Shown one piece after another: positions 7,908 through 19,176 of a DNA stretch of 64,000 nucleotides. Location: contig NZ_CP036455.1 of assembly GCF_004323735.1 (NCBI RefSeq), forward strand, positions 241,101 through 305,100, read 5' to 3'. A program made the position numbers and the translations under genes. The first letter of the stretch is position 1; the number at the start of each line of letters is the position of its first letter. Under the pieces are notes generated by a model. It searched no databases. It worked only from the letters and a program-made list of their open reading frames with translations, and was not told where the DNA came from. The DNA comes from Streptomonospora litoralis (lineage in GTDB: Bacteria; Actinomycetota; Actinomycetes; Streptosporangiales; Streptosporangiaceae).

Positions 7908-10205
7908 CTACTCGGCGTCGAGGACGGCGGGCAGCGTGCCCTCGTGGGTCCGGCGCAGCGTGTCCAGGTCGATGCTGAAGCCGCCGTCGGGGTAGTTGAC
8001 GGTGAGGGCGGAGCCGCCGATGGTGCCGATCTCGGTCGCGGGGACGCCGTGCTCGCGGCACAGCCGGGCGAAGGACTCCTCCTCTTCGGGCAGCACGACG
8101 ACCACGGCGCGGGCGCCCGACTCGCCGAACAGGTCGGCGAACGGCTCCTCCACACGCACCGAGCAGCCGACACCGCCGCGCATGGCCGACTCCGCGAGCG
8201 CCACCGCCAGGCCGCCGTCGGAGACGTCGTGCGCAGTGGCCAGCAGGCGGTCGTCGGCGGCCGCGGAGAGCAGCCGCGCCAGCGCCGCCTCGGCGTCGAG
8301 GTCGACCCGCGGCGGCAGCCCGCCGAGGTGGCCGTGTACGACCTCGGCCCACACCGACCCGCCCAGCTCCTCGCCGGAGGTGCCCAGCAGCAGCACCCTC
8401 GCGCCGTCGCCGCGCGGCGGGAACGCCGTGGTCAGCCGCGCGTGCACGTCGTCGATCACGCCGAGTACACCGATCACCGGGCTGGGGTTGATCGCGCTGT
8501 CCCCGGTCTGGTTGTAGAAGCTGACGTTGCCGCCGGTGACCGGAGTCCCCATGGTGCGGCAGGCGTCGGCCAGGCCCCGGGTAGACTCGGCGAACTGCCA
8601 CATCACCCCCGGATCCTCCGGCGATCCGAAGTTCAGGCAGTTGGTGACGGCCAGCGGCCGGGCGCCGGTGGCGGCGACGTTGCGGTACGCCTCCGCGAAA
8701 GCGGCCTGGGTGCCGGCGTAGGGGTCGAGGCGCGTGTACCGGCCGTTGCCGTCGGTGGCCAGCGCGATGCCGCGGTCGCCGTCCTCACCGACCCGGATCA
8801 TGCCGCCGTCGTGCGGGGCCGAGAGCACGGTGTCGCCGCGCACATAGCTGTCGTACTGCCCCGTCACCCAACCCGGGTCGCACACGCCGGGCGCCGCGAG
8901 GACGCGCAGCACCTGCTCGCGCAGTTCCTCGTCGTCCTCCGGACGCGCCAGCCGGTCGGGGGTGTCGGCCTGGAGGGCGTCCTGCTCCGGCGGGCGGGCG
9001 TAGGGCCGCTCGTAGACCGGCCCCTCGTCGGAGGCGGTGCGCGGCGGCAGGTCCACCACGGTCTCGCCGTTCCACGTCATCACCAGGCGGCCGCCGCGCT
9101 CGGCCTCCTCGGGCGTGACGTCGGTGACCTCGCCGATCACGGCGGCCTGGATGTTCCACCTGCGGCAGGTGGCCGTGAACTCCTCCAGGCGCTCCGGCTC
9201 GACCACGGCCATCATGCGCTCCTGCGATTCGCTCATCAGGATCTCCTCCGGAGTGAGCGTGGAGTCGCGCAGCGGCACCCGGTCCAGCTCGATGCGCATG
9301 CCGCCGGTGCCGCCCGCCGCCAGCTCGGTGGTGGCGCAGGAGACCCCGGCCGCGCCGAGGTCCTGGATGCCCACGACGAGCCCGTCGCGGTACAGCTCCA
9401 AGCTGCACTCGATCAGCAGCTTCTCCAGGAACGGGTCGCCCACCTGCACACTGGGGCGCTTGGCGTGGCTCTCGTCGTCGAAGGTGGCGCTGGCCAGCAC
9501 CGAGGCGCCGCCGATGCCGTCGGGCCCGGTGGTGGCGCCGAACAGCACCACCTTGTTGCCCGGTCCCGGCGCCTGGGCGAGTTGGATGTCCTCGTGGCGC
9601 ATCACACCCACACACAACGCGTTCACCAGCGGGTTCGCGGCGTATCCGGCACCGAAGCCCAGCTCGCCGCCGATGTTGGGCAGGCCCAGGCAGTTGCCGT
9701 AGAAGGAGATGCCCGAGACCACGCCGGGCAGCACGCGGCGGGTATCGGGGGCGTCCAGCGGGCCGAAGCGCAGCGCGTCCATCACCGCCACCGGCCGGGC
9801 GCCCATGGTCAGGATGTCGCGGACGATGCCGCCGACCCCGGTGGCCGCGCCCTGGTGCGGTTCGACATAGGAGGGGTGGTTGTGCGACTCGATCTTGAAC
9901 GTGACCGCGCGGCCCTCGCCGACATCGACCACCCCGGCGTTCTCGCCCATGCCCACCAGCAGCGCGTCGCTGTGCGGCGCCTTCTCGCCGAACTGGCGCA
10001 GGTGCACCTTGGAGCTTTTGTAGGAGCAGTGCTCGCTCCACATCACCGAGTAGATCGCCAGTTCGGCGGCTGTGGGGCGGCGGCCCAGGATGCGGCGGAT
10101 GCGCTCGTACTCGTCGTCGGCGACGCCCAGTTCGGAGTAGGGCTGGGGGTTGTCCGGGGTGCGCTGCGCGGTCGCGACGGTGTCGAGCTGCGGCTGTTCG
10201 GGCAT
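7908..10205 (-). CDS. purL: Phosphoribosylformylglycinamidine synthase subunit PurL
   Basis: 765 aa. ...[17 protein letters not shown]... and two AIR-synthase-related repeats. Canonical PurL. Confidence 0.9.
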   Translation of the reverse strand: MPEQPQLDTVATAQRTPDNPQPYSELGVADDEYERIRRILGRRPTAAELAIYSVMWSEHCSYKSSKVHLRQFGEKAPHSDALLVGMGENAGVVDVGEGRAVTFKIESHNHPSYVEPHQGAATGVGGIVRDILTMGARPVAVMDALRFGPLDAPDTRRVLPGVVSGISFYGNCLGLPNIGGELGFGAGYAANPLVNALCVGVMRHEDIQLAQAPGPGNKVVLFGATTGPDGIGGASVLASATFDDESHAKRPSVQVGDPFLEKLLIECSLELYRDGLVVGIQDLGAAGVSCATTELAAGGTGGMRIELDRVPLRDSTLTPEEILMSESQERMMAVVEPERLEEFTATCRRWNIQAAVIGEVTDVTPEEAERGGRLVMTWNGETVVDLPPRTASDEGPVYERPYARPPEQDALQADTPDRLARPEDDEELREQVLRVLAAPGVCDPGWVTGQYDSYVRGDTVLSAPHDGGMIRVGEDGDRGIALATDGNGRYTRLDPYAGTQAAFAEAYRNVAATGARPLAVTNCLNFGSPEDPGVMWQFAESTRGLADACRTMGTPVTGGNVSFYNQTGDSAINPSPVIGVLGVIDDVHARLTTAFPPRGDGARVLLLGTSGEELGGSVWAEVVHGHLGGLPPRVDLDAEAALARLLSAAADDRLLATAHDVSDGGLAVALAESAMRGGVGCSVRVEEPFADLFGESGARAVVVVLPEEEESFARLCREHGVPATEIGTIGGSALTVNYPDGGFSIDLDTLRRTHEGTLPAVLDAE

Positions 10206-10302
10206 TCGCGGTTTCCGTTCGGGGCTTGCTCGGCGGGCTGCGGGCTGTTGGGCGGCGGCGGCGCGCGGGCGGCGCGCTCCGCCGGGTCGGGGGCGGTCGC
10301 GG

Positions 10303-10848
10303 TCAGGAGCCGGGCTGCTGGGCGTGCATCATCATCAGGCCCGCGGTGGCATCGGGCGAGTCGACCGGGGTGGTCGTGATCAGCACCTGGCCGTCGGTGA
10401 GGTAGCTCTCGCCGAGCGGCACCTCGTCGGGGTTGGCGCTGTTGTCGGGCAGCACGCGTCCCCAGCCCTGCTCCAGCAGGTGGTTGAACACCTTGTCGAC
10501 GGCCTTCTTCGAGGCATCGTCGCCGGAGCCCCGGCCTTGGCCGCCGTCGCTCTCGCCGTCCTCGGTGGTTATGCCGACGATGCGCACGCACTCGACGTCG
10601 GGGCACTGCTCGCCGAAGTCGGTGTAGGAGGCGCCCTCGGGAGCATCGCCCAGCGCCTTCATCTTCGGGGCCGGAGCCGGAGAGGAGACGCTGCCGGGCG
10701 GGGCGTTGCGCCCCGGAGCGGCGGCCGGATCGGGCGCGCTGAGCGCGTTGAACAGGCCGACGGCTCCCGTGGCGACCATCCCCACGGTCACCGCGGCGGC
10801 CAGGACGACCATGGTCACCCGCGACCGCAGCAGATCCATCAAACGCAT
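10303..10848 (-). CDS. Hypothetical membrane-anchored/secreted protein inserted between purQ and purL
   Basis: 181 aa. N-terminal hydrophobic segment [21 protein letters not shown], then an acidic region. GGGGGA RBS before the ATG at 10848. Confidence 0.55.
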   Translation of the reverse strand: MRLMDLLRSRVTMVVLAAAVTVGMVATGAVGLFNALSAPDPAAAPGRNAPPGSVSSPAPAPKMKALGDAPEGASYTDFGEQCPDVECVRIVGITTEDGESDGGQGRGSGDDASKKAVDKVFNHLLEQGWGRVLPDNSANPDEVPLGESYLTDGQVLITTTPVDSPDATAGLMMMHAQQPGS

Positions 10849-10878
10849 ACCAGTCCCCCGGTCTTAGCGTCGGCGGCG

Positions 10879-11583
10879 TCAGCCGGCCGCGGCCGCCGCC
10901 GGGCTGGTGTCGGCCAGATGCGCGAGGAGGGAGGTGAAGAAGTCCAGGCCGTGGGTCGAGGCGCCGGTCAGCTCCTCCACGGCGTGCTCCGGGTGGGGCA
11001 TCAGGCCGACCACGTTGCCGTGCTCGTTGCTGACCCCGGCGATGCCGCGGCGGGCGCCGTTCGGGGCCTCGCCCACATAGCGGGCCACCACGCGGCCGGA
11101 GCGCTCCAGCTCGTCCAGCGTGGCATCGTCGGCGACGAAGCTGCCTTCGCCGCTCTTCAGGACGATGCGGATCTCCTCGCCCTCGATGTACCGGTTGGTC
11201 CAGGCCGTCGCGGTGGACTCCACACGCACGAGCTGCTCGCGGTTGATGAAGCGCAGCGAGCTGTTGCGGGTCAGCGCGCCGGGCAGCAGGTGGCTCTCGC
11301 AGAGGATCTGGAACCCGTTGCAAATGCCAAGCACGGGTAGCGCGCCCGAGCGGGCGGCGGGCACCAGTTCGGTCATGATCGGTGCGAATCGGGCGATGGC
11401 GCCGCAGCGCAGGTAGTCGCCGTAGGAGAAACCACCGGGCAGGATGACGGCGTCGACGCCCTGCAGGCCGGGATCGTCGTGCCAGAGCGGAACGGGTTCG
11501 GCGCCGGCGATTCGGACGGCGCGCGCGGCGTCCCTGTCGTCGAGGGAGCCGGGGAAGGTGACGACGCCCACACGGGCTGTCAT
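10879..11583 (-). CDS. purQ: Phosphoribosylformylglycinamidine synthase subunit PurQ (glutamine amidotransferase)
   Basis: [19 protein letters not shown]...[10 protein letters not shown]...GLMPHPEHA. Class I GATase catalytic Cys/His. Confidence 0.9.
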   Translation of the reverse strand: MTARVGVVTFPGSLDDRDAARAVRIAGAEPVPLWHDDPGLQGVDAVILPGGFSYGDYLRCGAIARFAPIMTELVPAARSGALPVLGICNGFQILCESHLLPGALTRNSSLRFINREQLVRVESTATAWTNRYIEGEEIRIVLKSGEGSFVADDATLDELERSGRVVARYVGEAPNGARRGIAGVSNEHGNVVGLMPHPEHAVEELTGASTHGLDFFTSLLAHLADTSPAAAAAG

Positions 11584-11688
11584 GGGCACTCTCCGGGTAT
11601 CGGTCGGTGGGAGACGTGCGCCGCGCGCGGCCAAGGGCCGGCGCGGACGCTCCACCCCCGAGGTTACCCGCTGACCTCGGCGCCCGGT

Positions 11689-12141
11689 TCAGCGCAGGAC
11701 GGCCTCGCGCCTGGCGGGCTCGCCGTGCTCGGGAGGCGTCGGTCGGCAGCGGGCGAGCCGCTTGCTCAGCCGGACCCGCACGGTGCCGTCGTCCTCGGCG
11801 ATGATGGAGACGTCCTCCATCATCTGGCGCATCAGAAGTATGCCCCTGCCCGACTCCGCTTCGAGGTCTGGCAGGGGCACCCGCGCCGGATCGAATCCGG
11901 GCCCTCTGTGGGCGACCTCCAAAACGCAGGTATCGCCGTGAATCCGCGCTGTGACCTGGTAGGCCGTGGACGGCTCTCCGTGGTCGACGGCATTGGCGCA
12001 GGCTTCGGAGGCCGCGAGCAGAATGGTGAACCTGCAGTCGGCGCAGACACCGGTGGTTCGCAGCGCTTCACCGAGGAAGTCCCGCATGACGGCCACGGTG
12101 TACGCCTGTCGGGGGAGCGCAATCGAGAATTTCACATCCAT
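11689..12141 (-). CDS. Anti-sigma regulatory factor, Ser/Thr protein kinase (RsbW-like HATPase_c_2 domain)
   Basis: 150 aa. ...AASEACANAVDHG...VAHRGPGFDP...ESGRGILLMRQMMEDV. Lies between purS and purQ. Confidence 0.65.
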   Translation of the reverse strand: MDVKFSIALPRQAYTVAVMRDFLGEALRTTGVCADCRFTILLAASEACANAVDHGEPSTAYQVTARIHGDTCVLEVAHRGPGFDPARVPLPDLEAESGRGILLMRQMMEDVSIIAEDDGTVRVRLSKRLARCRPTPPEHGEPARREAVLR

Positions 12142-12322
12142 CGCAAGCCCTCACGACCGGTAGGCACATCCCGAAGCCTTCCCGAGGTGAATCCTGCGAA
12201 ACGGACATGGTCGCGAGTTGGCCGGATTCGGCACGTGACATGGCGGTTCCGCTGCGAGAGCAATCCTGCGCAGCTCTCTGCGACGAATTCCGGCCATACA
12301 CGGCGCGGCAGCGCGACGTGTC

Positions 12323-12565
12323 CTATTCCACATGCAAGGAGAAGTCCTCGATGACGGGATTGGCGAGCAGGGTCTCGGCCATCCGCCGGACCTCGGACAG
12401 CGCGGCGTCGTCGGCCTCGCCTTCGAGCTCCACCTCGAAGCGCTTGCCCTGGCGCACCTCGCGGACGCCGGAGAAACCGAGCCGCTCGCAGGCGCCGGCG
12501 ATGGCCTGGCCCTGGGGGTCGAGGATCTCCGGCTTGAGCATGACGTCAACAACGACGCGGGCCAC
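12323..12565 (-). CDS. purS: Phosphoribosylformylglycinamidine synthase subunit PurS
   Basis: 80 aa. MARVVVDVMLKPEILDPQGQAI...GVREVRQGKRFEVELEGE.... GTG start. Confidence 0.85.
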   Translation of the reverse strand: MARVVVDVMLKPEILDPQGQAIAGACERLGFSGVREVRQGKRFEVELEGEADDAALSEVRRMAETLLANPVIEDFSLHVE

Positions 12566-13037
12566 AGGGTCCTCCGTTTGTTCGTCCGGGAGCGGGTACG
12601 GAAGTCGATCGGGCCGCCGACGCGGGTAGCGGGACGGCGGCAGCAGAAAGCGTACGGCACTGTGGAACGCCTCGCGGGCCGATCCGGCGGCGTCTACCCT
12701 GGAAGGAGGCGCATGGAGTCATGCGTCACCACGTCGGCGCACCGAGCTGCGCGTCAACGGAGACGCCGCACGGTGCGGTTGCGGGAGCGTGCGGTCGCGT
12801 TCACCCCGGCCGGCACCGCCCGTGAACGAGGCGCCGCGGGCCGCCCTTTGCCCGCCCGTCGCCCACCACCGCCCCAATCGAGGCGCTGCGCGCCGCTTTC
12901 TTACCTGATATTGACCCGCTGCACACGCCGCTTCGGTATTTTCGTGACACGTATCACCCGGACCGGCGTCATCATCCGGCGCTCTTCCATGCGTCTATCA
13001 AGTTGGTAACGAACGCCGGTCGTCCCAAGGGGGAGAT

Positions 13038-13658
13038 TTGACGACCATCGAACTGGAGCGTATGAGCGGAGCCGACGAGTCCACTGAAACCACCGAATCC
13101 AACGGTTCGCTCGACTTCGCCACCGCCGTCACTCCGTACGCCGATCAGCTCTACCCCACGGCGCTGCGCATGACGCGGAACTCCGCCGACGCCGAGGACC
13201 TGGTGCAGGAGACCTTCGCAAAGGCCTTCGCGAACTTCCACCAGTTCCGCGCGGGTACCAACCTGCGGGCGTGGCTCTACCGGATCCTCACCAACACCTT
13301 CATCAACGGCTACCGCAAGAAGCAGCGCGAGCCGCGCCAGGACTCCACCGACGAGATCAAGGACTGGCAGCTCGCCGCCGCCGACGCGCACGCCTCCACC
13401 GGCTCGCGCTCGGCCGAGTCGGAGGTGCTGGAGCGCCTGCCCGATTCCGCGATTCGGCACGCGCTGGCCGATCTCCCCGAGGACTTCCGCCTCGTCGTCT
13501 ACCTGATCGACGTGGAGGGCTTCACCTACAAGGAGGTCGCGGCCCGCATGGGCACGCCGCTGGGCACCGTCATGTCGCGCCTGCACCGGGCGCGCCGGCA
13601 GCTGCGCGAGCACCTTGCCGACTACGCCAAGGAGCGCGGAGTCCGCGCCGCGGCCTGA
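13038..13658 (+). CDS. ECF (sigma-70 family) RNA polymerase sigma factor
   Basis: Has the region 2 motif ([36 protein letters not shown]) and the region 4 motif ([40 protein letters not shown]). TTG start preceded by AAGGGGGAG. Confidence 0.8.
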   Translation: MTTIELERMSGADESTETTESNGSLDFATAVTPYADQLYPTALRMTRNSADAEDLVQETFAKAFANFHQFRAGTNLRAWLYRILTNTFINGYRKKQREPRQDSTDEIKDWQLAAADAHASTGSRSAESEVLERLPDSAIRHALADLPEDFRLVVYLIDVEGFTYKEVAARMGTPLGTVMSRLHRARRQLREHLADYAKERGVRAAA

Positions 13659-14137
13659 CCCGTTCCGCACCCGCTCCGACCGGCAGCGCACCAGGCGCAT
13701 CACCGAGCATCCGGCCGCCGCCCTCGGCGGCCGCCGCAGACGCGGGGCCCGCCCTCCGGCAAGCCGGTCCTCTTCCACCGGCCGCGTCGCGGCAGGCGGG
13801 GTCGCATTCAGTCGCTCTCCGTAACCACTCTTCCGCCGTACCGTCACTGCCGAACCGCGATCGGCTGGCTCTCCCTTCGGGTCTTAGGTCGTCCGAATTC
13901 TTCTTCGGCCTCCCTTGCTTTTGCTAGGAAGACCTGCTAGTTGCACAACTTCTCGCGTGGGACATGATGGTGCGGCGGATGAAAGTCGGCGCTGGGCCCT
14001 TGCGCTGCCAGCGGTGAGTTCTGTCACGATGTCGGTAGGGCTGTCCGCTGGAACCCGTTACCCCGGGTAAGCGGCAGAGATCCGGCCGACGTAGTGGTAC
14101 CCCGCGAAATCGGCCCCGAGAACCCGAGGAGCGACAG

Positions 14138-15253
14138 GTGTCGGACAACACCGCGCACGGAGAACCCGAGCTCGTCCAGCTCTTGACCCCCGACGGCGAG
14201 CTGATCGACCACCCCGACTACCCCCTGGAGATCGGCCCCGAGGACATCCGCGGGCTCTACCGCGACCTCGTGCTGGTCCGCCGCGTCGACACCGAGGCGG
14301 TGGCGCTGCAGCGCCAGGGCGAACTGGGCCTATGGGCCTCACTACTGGGCCAGGAGGCCGCCCAGATCGGATCGGCGCGCGCACTGCGGCCGCAGGACAC
14401 GGCCTTCCCCTCCTACCGAGAGCACGGCGTCGCCTGGGTGCGCGGCGTCGAACCCAAGGCGCTGCTCGGCATGTGGCGCGGCGTCAGCAACGGCGGCTGG
14501 GACCCCGCGCAGCACGGGCTCCAGCTCTACACCATCGTCATCGGCAGCCAGACGCTGCACGCCACGGGCTATGCCATGGGCGTCCAGCGCGACGGCGCCA
14601 CCGGCGAGGACGGCTCCGCCGTCATCGTCTACTTCGGCGACGGCGCCACCAGCCAGGGCGACACCAGCGAGGCGTTCAACTTCGCCGCCGTGAACAACGC
14701 CCCCGTCGTGTTCTTCCTGCAGAACAACCAGTGGGCCATCTCCGAGCCGCCCGAGCGCCAGGCGCGCGTCCCGCTGTACCGCCGCGCCGCCGGGTTCGGC
14801 TTCCCGGGCGTGCGCATCGACGGCAACGACGTCTTCGCCTCCCTGGCCGTCACCCGCAAGGCCATGCAGCAGGCGCGCGAAGGCCAGGGCCCCATGCTCA
14901 TCGAGGCGTTCACCTACCGCATGGGCGCGCACACCACCAACGACGACCCCACCCGCTACCGGGTCGCCGCCGAACTGGAGGAATGGAAGGCCAAGGACCC
15001 CATCCTGCGGCTGCGCGCGCACATCCAGCAGCAGGGCCTCGGCGACGACGACTTCTTCACCGAGGTCGAGAACGAGGCGGACCGCCTCGGCGAGCGGCTG
15101 CGCTCGGAGTGCCGGTCGCTGCCCGACCCCGACCCGCTGGACATCTTCCACGAGGTCTACGCCGAACCCAACACCCAGCTCGACCTGCAGCGGGCCGAGT
15201 TCGCCGACTACCTGGCGTCGTTCGAGGACGCCGGCGCCGAGGGAGGGCGGTGA
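14138..15253 (+). CDS. 2-oxoacid dehydrogenase E1 component alpha subunit (TPP-dependent; branched-chain or pyruvate type)
   Basis: 371 aa. GDGATSQGD...NNQWAIS TPP-binding region. GAGGA RBS, GTG start. Confidence 0.85.
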   Translation: MSDNTAHGEPELVQLLTPDGELIDHPDYPLEIGPEDIRGLYRDLVLVRRVDTEAVALQRQGELGLWASLLGQEAAQIGSARALRPQDTAFPSYREHGVAWVRGVEPKALLGMWRGVSNGGWDPAQHGLQLYTIVIGSQTLHATGYAMGVQRDGATGEDGSAVIVYFGDGATSQGDTSEAFNFAAVNNAPVVFFLQNNQWAISEPPERQARVPLYRRAAGFGFPGVRIDGNDVFASLAVTRKAMQQAREGQGPMLIEAFTYRMGAHTTNDDPTRYRVAAELEEWKAKDPILRLRAHIQQQGLGDDDFFTEVENEADRLGERLRSECRSLPDPDPLDIFHEVYAEPNTQLDLQRAEFADYLASFEDAGAEGGR

Positions 15254-15256
15254 CCA

Positions 15257-16236
15257 TGAGCGTCAACCTCACCATCGGGAAGGCCATCAACGCCGGACTG
15301 CGCCGCGCGATGGAGGCCGACCCCAAGGTCCTGGTCATGGGCGAGGACGTCGGCCGCCTCGGCGGCGTCTTCCGGGTGACCGACCAGCTGCACAAGGACT
15401 TCGGCGCCGACCGGGTCATCGACACCCCCCTGGCCGAGTCCGGCATCGTCGGCACCGCGATCGGCCTGGCGCTGCGCGGCTACCGGCCCGTGTGCGAGAT
15501 CCAGTTCGACGGCTTCTTCTTCCCCGCCACGAACCAGAGCTTCACCCAGCTCGCCAAAATGCGCCGCCGCTCGGCCGGGGCGCTGAGCGTGCCCGTGGTG
15601 CTGCGCATCCCCTACGGCGGCGGCATCGGTGCGGTCGAGCACCACAGCGAGTCCCCCGAGGCGTACTTCGCCCACACGGCGGGGCTGCGGGTGGTCACCG
15701 TGGCCAACGCGGTCGACGCCTACTGGATGATCCAGCAGGCGATCACCTCCCAGGACCCGGTCGTGTTCTTCGAACCCAAGCGGCGCTACTACGACAAGGC
15801 CGACGTCGACACCGACGCGTCCCCGGACTCCGCGCTGCCGATGGGCGCCGCGCGGGTGGCGCGCCCGGGCACCGACGCCACGCTGCTCGCCTACGGGCCC
15901 ATGGTCAAGACGGCGCTGCAGGCCGCCGAGGCCGACACCGACCACTCCCTGGAGGTAGTCGACCTGCGCTCGATCTCCCCGGTCGACTACGCCACCGTGG
16001 AGGAGTCGGTACGCCGCACCGGACGCCTCGTCATCACACACGAGGCGCCGGTCAGCGGCGGCGTCGGCGGCGAGATCGCGGCGCGGATCACCGAGTCGTG
16101 CTTCTACCACCTGGAGGCGCCCGTCATCCGCGTCGGCGCCTTCGACACCCCCTACCCGCAGTCCCGCCTGGAGGAGCACTACCTGCCCGACCTCGACCGC
16201 ATCCTCGACGGCGTCGACCGCGCGTTCACGTACTAG
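15257..16236 (+). CDS. 2-oxoacid dehydrogenase E1 component beta subunit
   Basis: MSVNLTIGKAINAGLRRAMEADPKVLVMGEDVG...GIVGTAIGLALRGYRPV.... Starts 4 nt after the E1 alpha stop. Confidence 0.85.
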
Positions 16237-16256
16237 AAGGGGGCGGGAGAGACAAG

Positions 16257-17792
16257 GTGAGCCAGGTGAACACCGAACAGGCCGGTGTGCAGGAGTTCCG
16301 GCTGCCCGATGTGGGCGAGGGGCTGGTCGACGCCGAGCTGCTGCAGTGGTACGTGCAGCCGGGCGACGAGGTCCAGGTCAACCAGATGATCTGCGAGGTC
16401 GAGACCGCCAAGGCCGCCGTGGAGCTGCCCTGCCCGTGGGCGGGCACGGTCCGCGAGCTGCTGGTGGAGGCCGGCACCACGGTCGACGTCGGCACGCCCA
16501 TCATCACCGTCGACACCGGCGGCGGCGAGGGAGCCGACGCGCAAGCGGGCGGGCAGGCCGCCGCGGGCGAGGAGACCGAGGAGCGCGAGAAGCCGCTGGT
16601 CGGCTACGGCGAGCGCGCCGCGTCCACCCAGCGCCGCCCGCGCAGGCGGCGCGCAGCGGCGGGAGGCGCGGCCGAGGGTCCGGCTCCGGCCCAGAAGGAC
16701 AAGGGCACCGAGGACGCCGCGGGCGAGCGCAACGAACCGGCGACCGCCGCCGAGCAGAGCGCGCCCGCGCCGCAGGCCGCCGGGCCGGGTAAGGCGCAGG
16801 GAGCGAGCGACGGCACCGCCGCGCAGAACGGCGCCCCGGTCCACGCACTGGCCAAGCCGCCGGTGCGCAAGATGGCCAAGGACCTGGGCGTCGATCTGGG
16901 CTCGGTCACCCCGACCGGGCAGGGCGGCGTCGTCACCCGCGAGGACGTCCGCCGCAGCGCCGATGCGGCGGCGGGCGGTGCGGCCGCTCCGGCGGCTTCG
17001 GCGGCCCCGACGGCACCCGCCCAGCAGGAGGCCGCTCCCGCAGCGGCCGAAGGCCCGGCGACCACGGAGCCCGCGGCGGCCCCCGGCGCGCGGGAGGAGC
17101 GCATCCCGGTCAAGGGCGTGCGCAAGCACACCGCGGCGGCGATGATGCGCAGCGCGTTCACCGCGCCGCACGTCAGCGAGTTCCTGCAGGTCGACGTCAC
17201 CAAGATGGTCAAGACCGTCGAGAAGCTGCGCGAGCGCCGCGAATTCGCCGACGTCAAGGTCTCGCCGCTGCTGCTGGTGGCGCGCGCCCTGCTGACGGCC
17301 GTGCGGCGCCACCCCGACGTGAACGCGTCGTGGGACGACGAGAACCAGGAGATCGTGCGCAAGCACTACGTCAACCTGGGGATCGCGGCGGCCACGGACC
17401 GCGGACTGGTGGTGCCCAACGTCAAGGACGCCCACACCAAGGCGCTTCCGGAGTTGGCACACGAGCTGCAGACCCTGACCGAGACGGCCCGTGCGGGCAA
17501 CGCCACCCCGGCCGATCTCACCGGCGGCACGATCACGATCACGAACGTGGGCGTGTTCGGCGTCGACGCGGGGACGCCCATCATCAACCCCGGTGAGGCC
17601 GCGATCCTGGCGTTCGGCCAGATTCGCGACATGCCGTGGGTGCACAAGGGCGAGCTGAAGGTGCGCAAGGTGACGACGCTGTCGATCTCCTTCGACCACA
17701 GGCTTGTGGACGGCGAACTGGGCTCCAAGGTCCTGCGCGACGTCGGTGCGATGCTGGAAGACCCGAAGACCAACGCCCTCATCTGGGGCTGA
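16257..17792 (+). CDS. Dihydrolipoamide acyltransferase E2 component (lipoyl domain, Ala/Pro-rich linkers, catalytic domain)
   Basis: Lipoyl-attachment motif VQVNQMICEVETAKAAVELP. C-terminal catalytic motif SISFDHRLVDG. GTG start with GGGAGAGACAAG upstream. Confidence 0.85.
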   Translation: MSQVNTEQAGVQEFRLPDVGEGLVDAELLQWYVQPGDEVQVNQMICEVETAKAAVELPCPWAGTVRELLVEAGTTVDVGTPIITVDTGGGEGADAQAGGQAAAGEETEEREKPLVGYGERAASTQRRPRRRRAAAGGAAEGPAPAQKDKGTEDAAGERNEPATAAEQSAPAPQAAGPGKAQGASDGTAAQNGAPVHALAKPPVRKMAKDLGVDLGSVTPTGQGGVVTREDVRRSADAAAGGAAAPAASAAPTAPAQQEAAPAAAEGPATTEPAAAPGAREERIPVKGVRKHTAAAMMRSAFTAPHVSEFLQVDVTKMVKTVEKLRERREFADVKVSPLLLVARALLTAVRRHPDVNASWDDENQEIVRKHYVNLGIAAATDRGLVVPNVKDAHTKALPELAHELQTLTETARAGNATPADLTGGTITITNVGVFGVDAGTPIINPGEAAILAFGQIRDMPWVHKGELKVRKVTTLSISFDHRLVDGELGSKVLRDVGAMLEDPKTNALIWG

Positions 17793-17801
17793 GCCGACGA
17801 C

Positions 17802-17855
17802 CAGCGGCGGGGCGGGGCCTGGCGGTCCCGCCCCGCCGCTGTGCGTGTCGGGGGT
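17802..17855. terminator. Intrinsic-terminator-like hairpin shared by the convergent E2 and DUF397 genes
   Basis: 15-bp perfect stem cagcggcggggcggg ... cccgccccgccgctg (loop gcctggcggt), followed by gtgcgtgtcgggggttgggtttcg. Confidence 0.55.
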
Positions 17856-17891
17856 TGGGTTTCGAGTGGTCAGCTGGCGGTCGAGGGCTGT

Positions 17892-18077
17892 CTACAGGTC
17901 GCCGTCTCTTACCTCGGCGATGAACGCTTCCCACTCGGCGGCGGGGAAGGCGAGGTGGCCGCGGTCGCGGTGCTGGGTGTCGCGGACGAAGGTGTGGGGG
18001 CCTTCGGCGACCTCGACGCAGTTGGGCTCGTTAGCTCCGCTGTAGCTGCTCTTGTGCCAAATCATCTTAGAGTTCAT
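17892..18077 (-). CDS. DUF397-family small protein (the Streptomyces-type partner of XRE/DUF5753 regulators)
   Basis: MNSKMIWHKSSYSGANEPNCVEVAEGPHTFVRDTQ... is a textbook DUF397 motif. The ATG is embedded in the last codons of the upstream XRE gene. Confidence 0.75.
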   Translation of the reverse strand: MNSKMIWHKSSYSGANEPNCVEVAEGPHTFVRDTQHRDRGHLAFPAAEWEAFIAEVRDGDL

Positions 18078-18865
18078 CCCTCATTTTCTTCAGCAAGGCC
18101 AAGGATTCCGTCGGAGAGAGGGACTCGGCTTGGAGGTCGCCGAAGAAGCTGACCAGGGCTGCGGCCTCAGACGGGTTCTCCTTCACCGCGTGGCCTCCCA
18201 TGTGGGAGACATGCACGATCTGCCGCCCTCCCTCCAGAGTCATGATGCGAAACCCTCCGGTGGCGATCGGTCGCCAGGGAGCATACCCAGGGAGGATCAT
18301 GACGATGGCTTTCTCCGCCTCGGCGAGCTGGCGTATGTGGTCGTACTGCTCGCGCATGACATCGGCCGATTCGGATACGCGCCCGAGGACTACTTCGTCG
18401 ATCACGACGCGCACCCGTACCTCCGACTTCAAGCTGCCCAGGCGGGCAAGTCGAGCAGCGACGGCCTTCTCGGAAACGCCGCTGGAATCGTAGGCCCTCT
18501 TGAAAACCCAGCGGATGTAGCCATCCGCCTGGAGTAGCCCAGGGATCAAGACGGGATGGTATTCCCTGATCTCGGCGGCCTGTTGTTCGAGGGCCAGAAA
18601 ATCCACCCACTCCGGGGGTATGTCTCCCGTGCCCTCGATGTCGCGCCATAGCTGATGGAGGATCTGTCCCGTAGACAGGACCTCGTCAAGGTGGCGAGCT
18701 ATGTCCACACTTGGTTTTCTTGTCGCTTTTTCGTATTTGCTAATCGCTTGTCGGCTCATGCGTGCCAGGCGGTGCTAGCTGAGCCTGCGTTCGACCAGCT
18801 AGTTCGCGTTGTAGTCGAAGTTCCTGCCCCCATTGCACCCATTGCGGCTGCACCGGCTCAGTCAT
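18067..18865 (-). pseudogene. XRE-family (HTH + DUF5753-like) regulator, interrupted by a frameshift inside the HTH region (about 18745-18775)
   Basis: The C-terminal 230-aa frame reads ...MSRQAISKYEKATRKPSVDIARHLDEVLSTG.... The missing first half of the HTH (MTEPVQPQWVQWGQELRLQRELAGRTQAQLA) is encoded just upstream in another frame starting at the ATG at 18865. Restoring 1 nt gives ...AQLAHRLARMSRQAISKYE. Confidence 0.6.
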
Positions 18866-19176
18866 GAACTCGATGCTGCCAGAGGCGTCTACGTTCGTCG
18901 CCGGATTCTCCGGAATACTACAGAGATGTAGCCCCTATGGCAGGTCAGCCTCTTTACAGCGAGGGTGGAAACGAAAGACCCCCGCGACACGTACCAGGTG
19001 TCCGGGGGCGTGGCCTCCAGCCATCAAGGAGCTGAAGACATGTCGATCCTACTGGCGACACTCGATCCATTGGCGATGATCGTCCGACTCGTGCGCCCCT
19101 CACGCGGACTGCACGCCGCCCCCGCACGCTGGGCGCGCTTCGAGCCCGACCCGGTGCCGTTCGCGCCGCGCGCGAG

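Noticed and set aside
12566-13037. A possible anti-sigma factor gene adjacent to the ECF sigma factor (either side, including 13659-14137)
   Set aside because: There is no ORF with a plausible anti-sigma (zinc-binding HxxxCxxC or TM) signature. The flanks look like promoter or non-coding DNA. Region 13880-13960 is lower-GC with short repeats (TTGCTAG…GCTAGTTGC), and no gene call could be supported.
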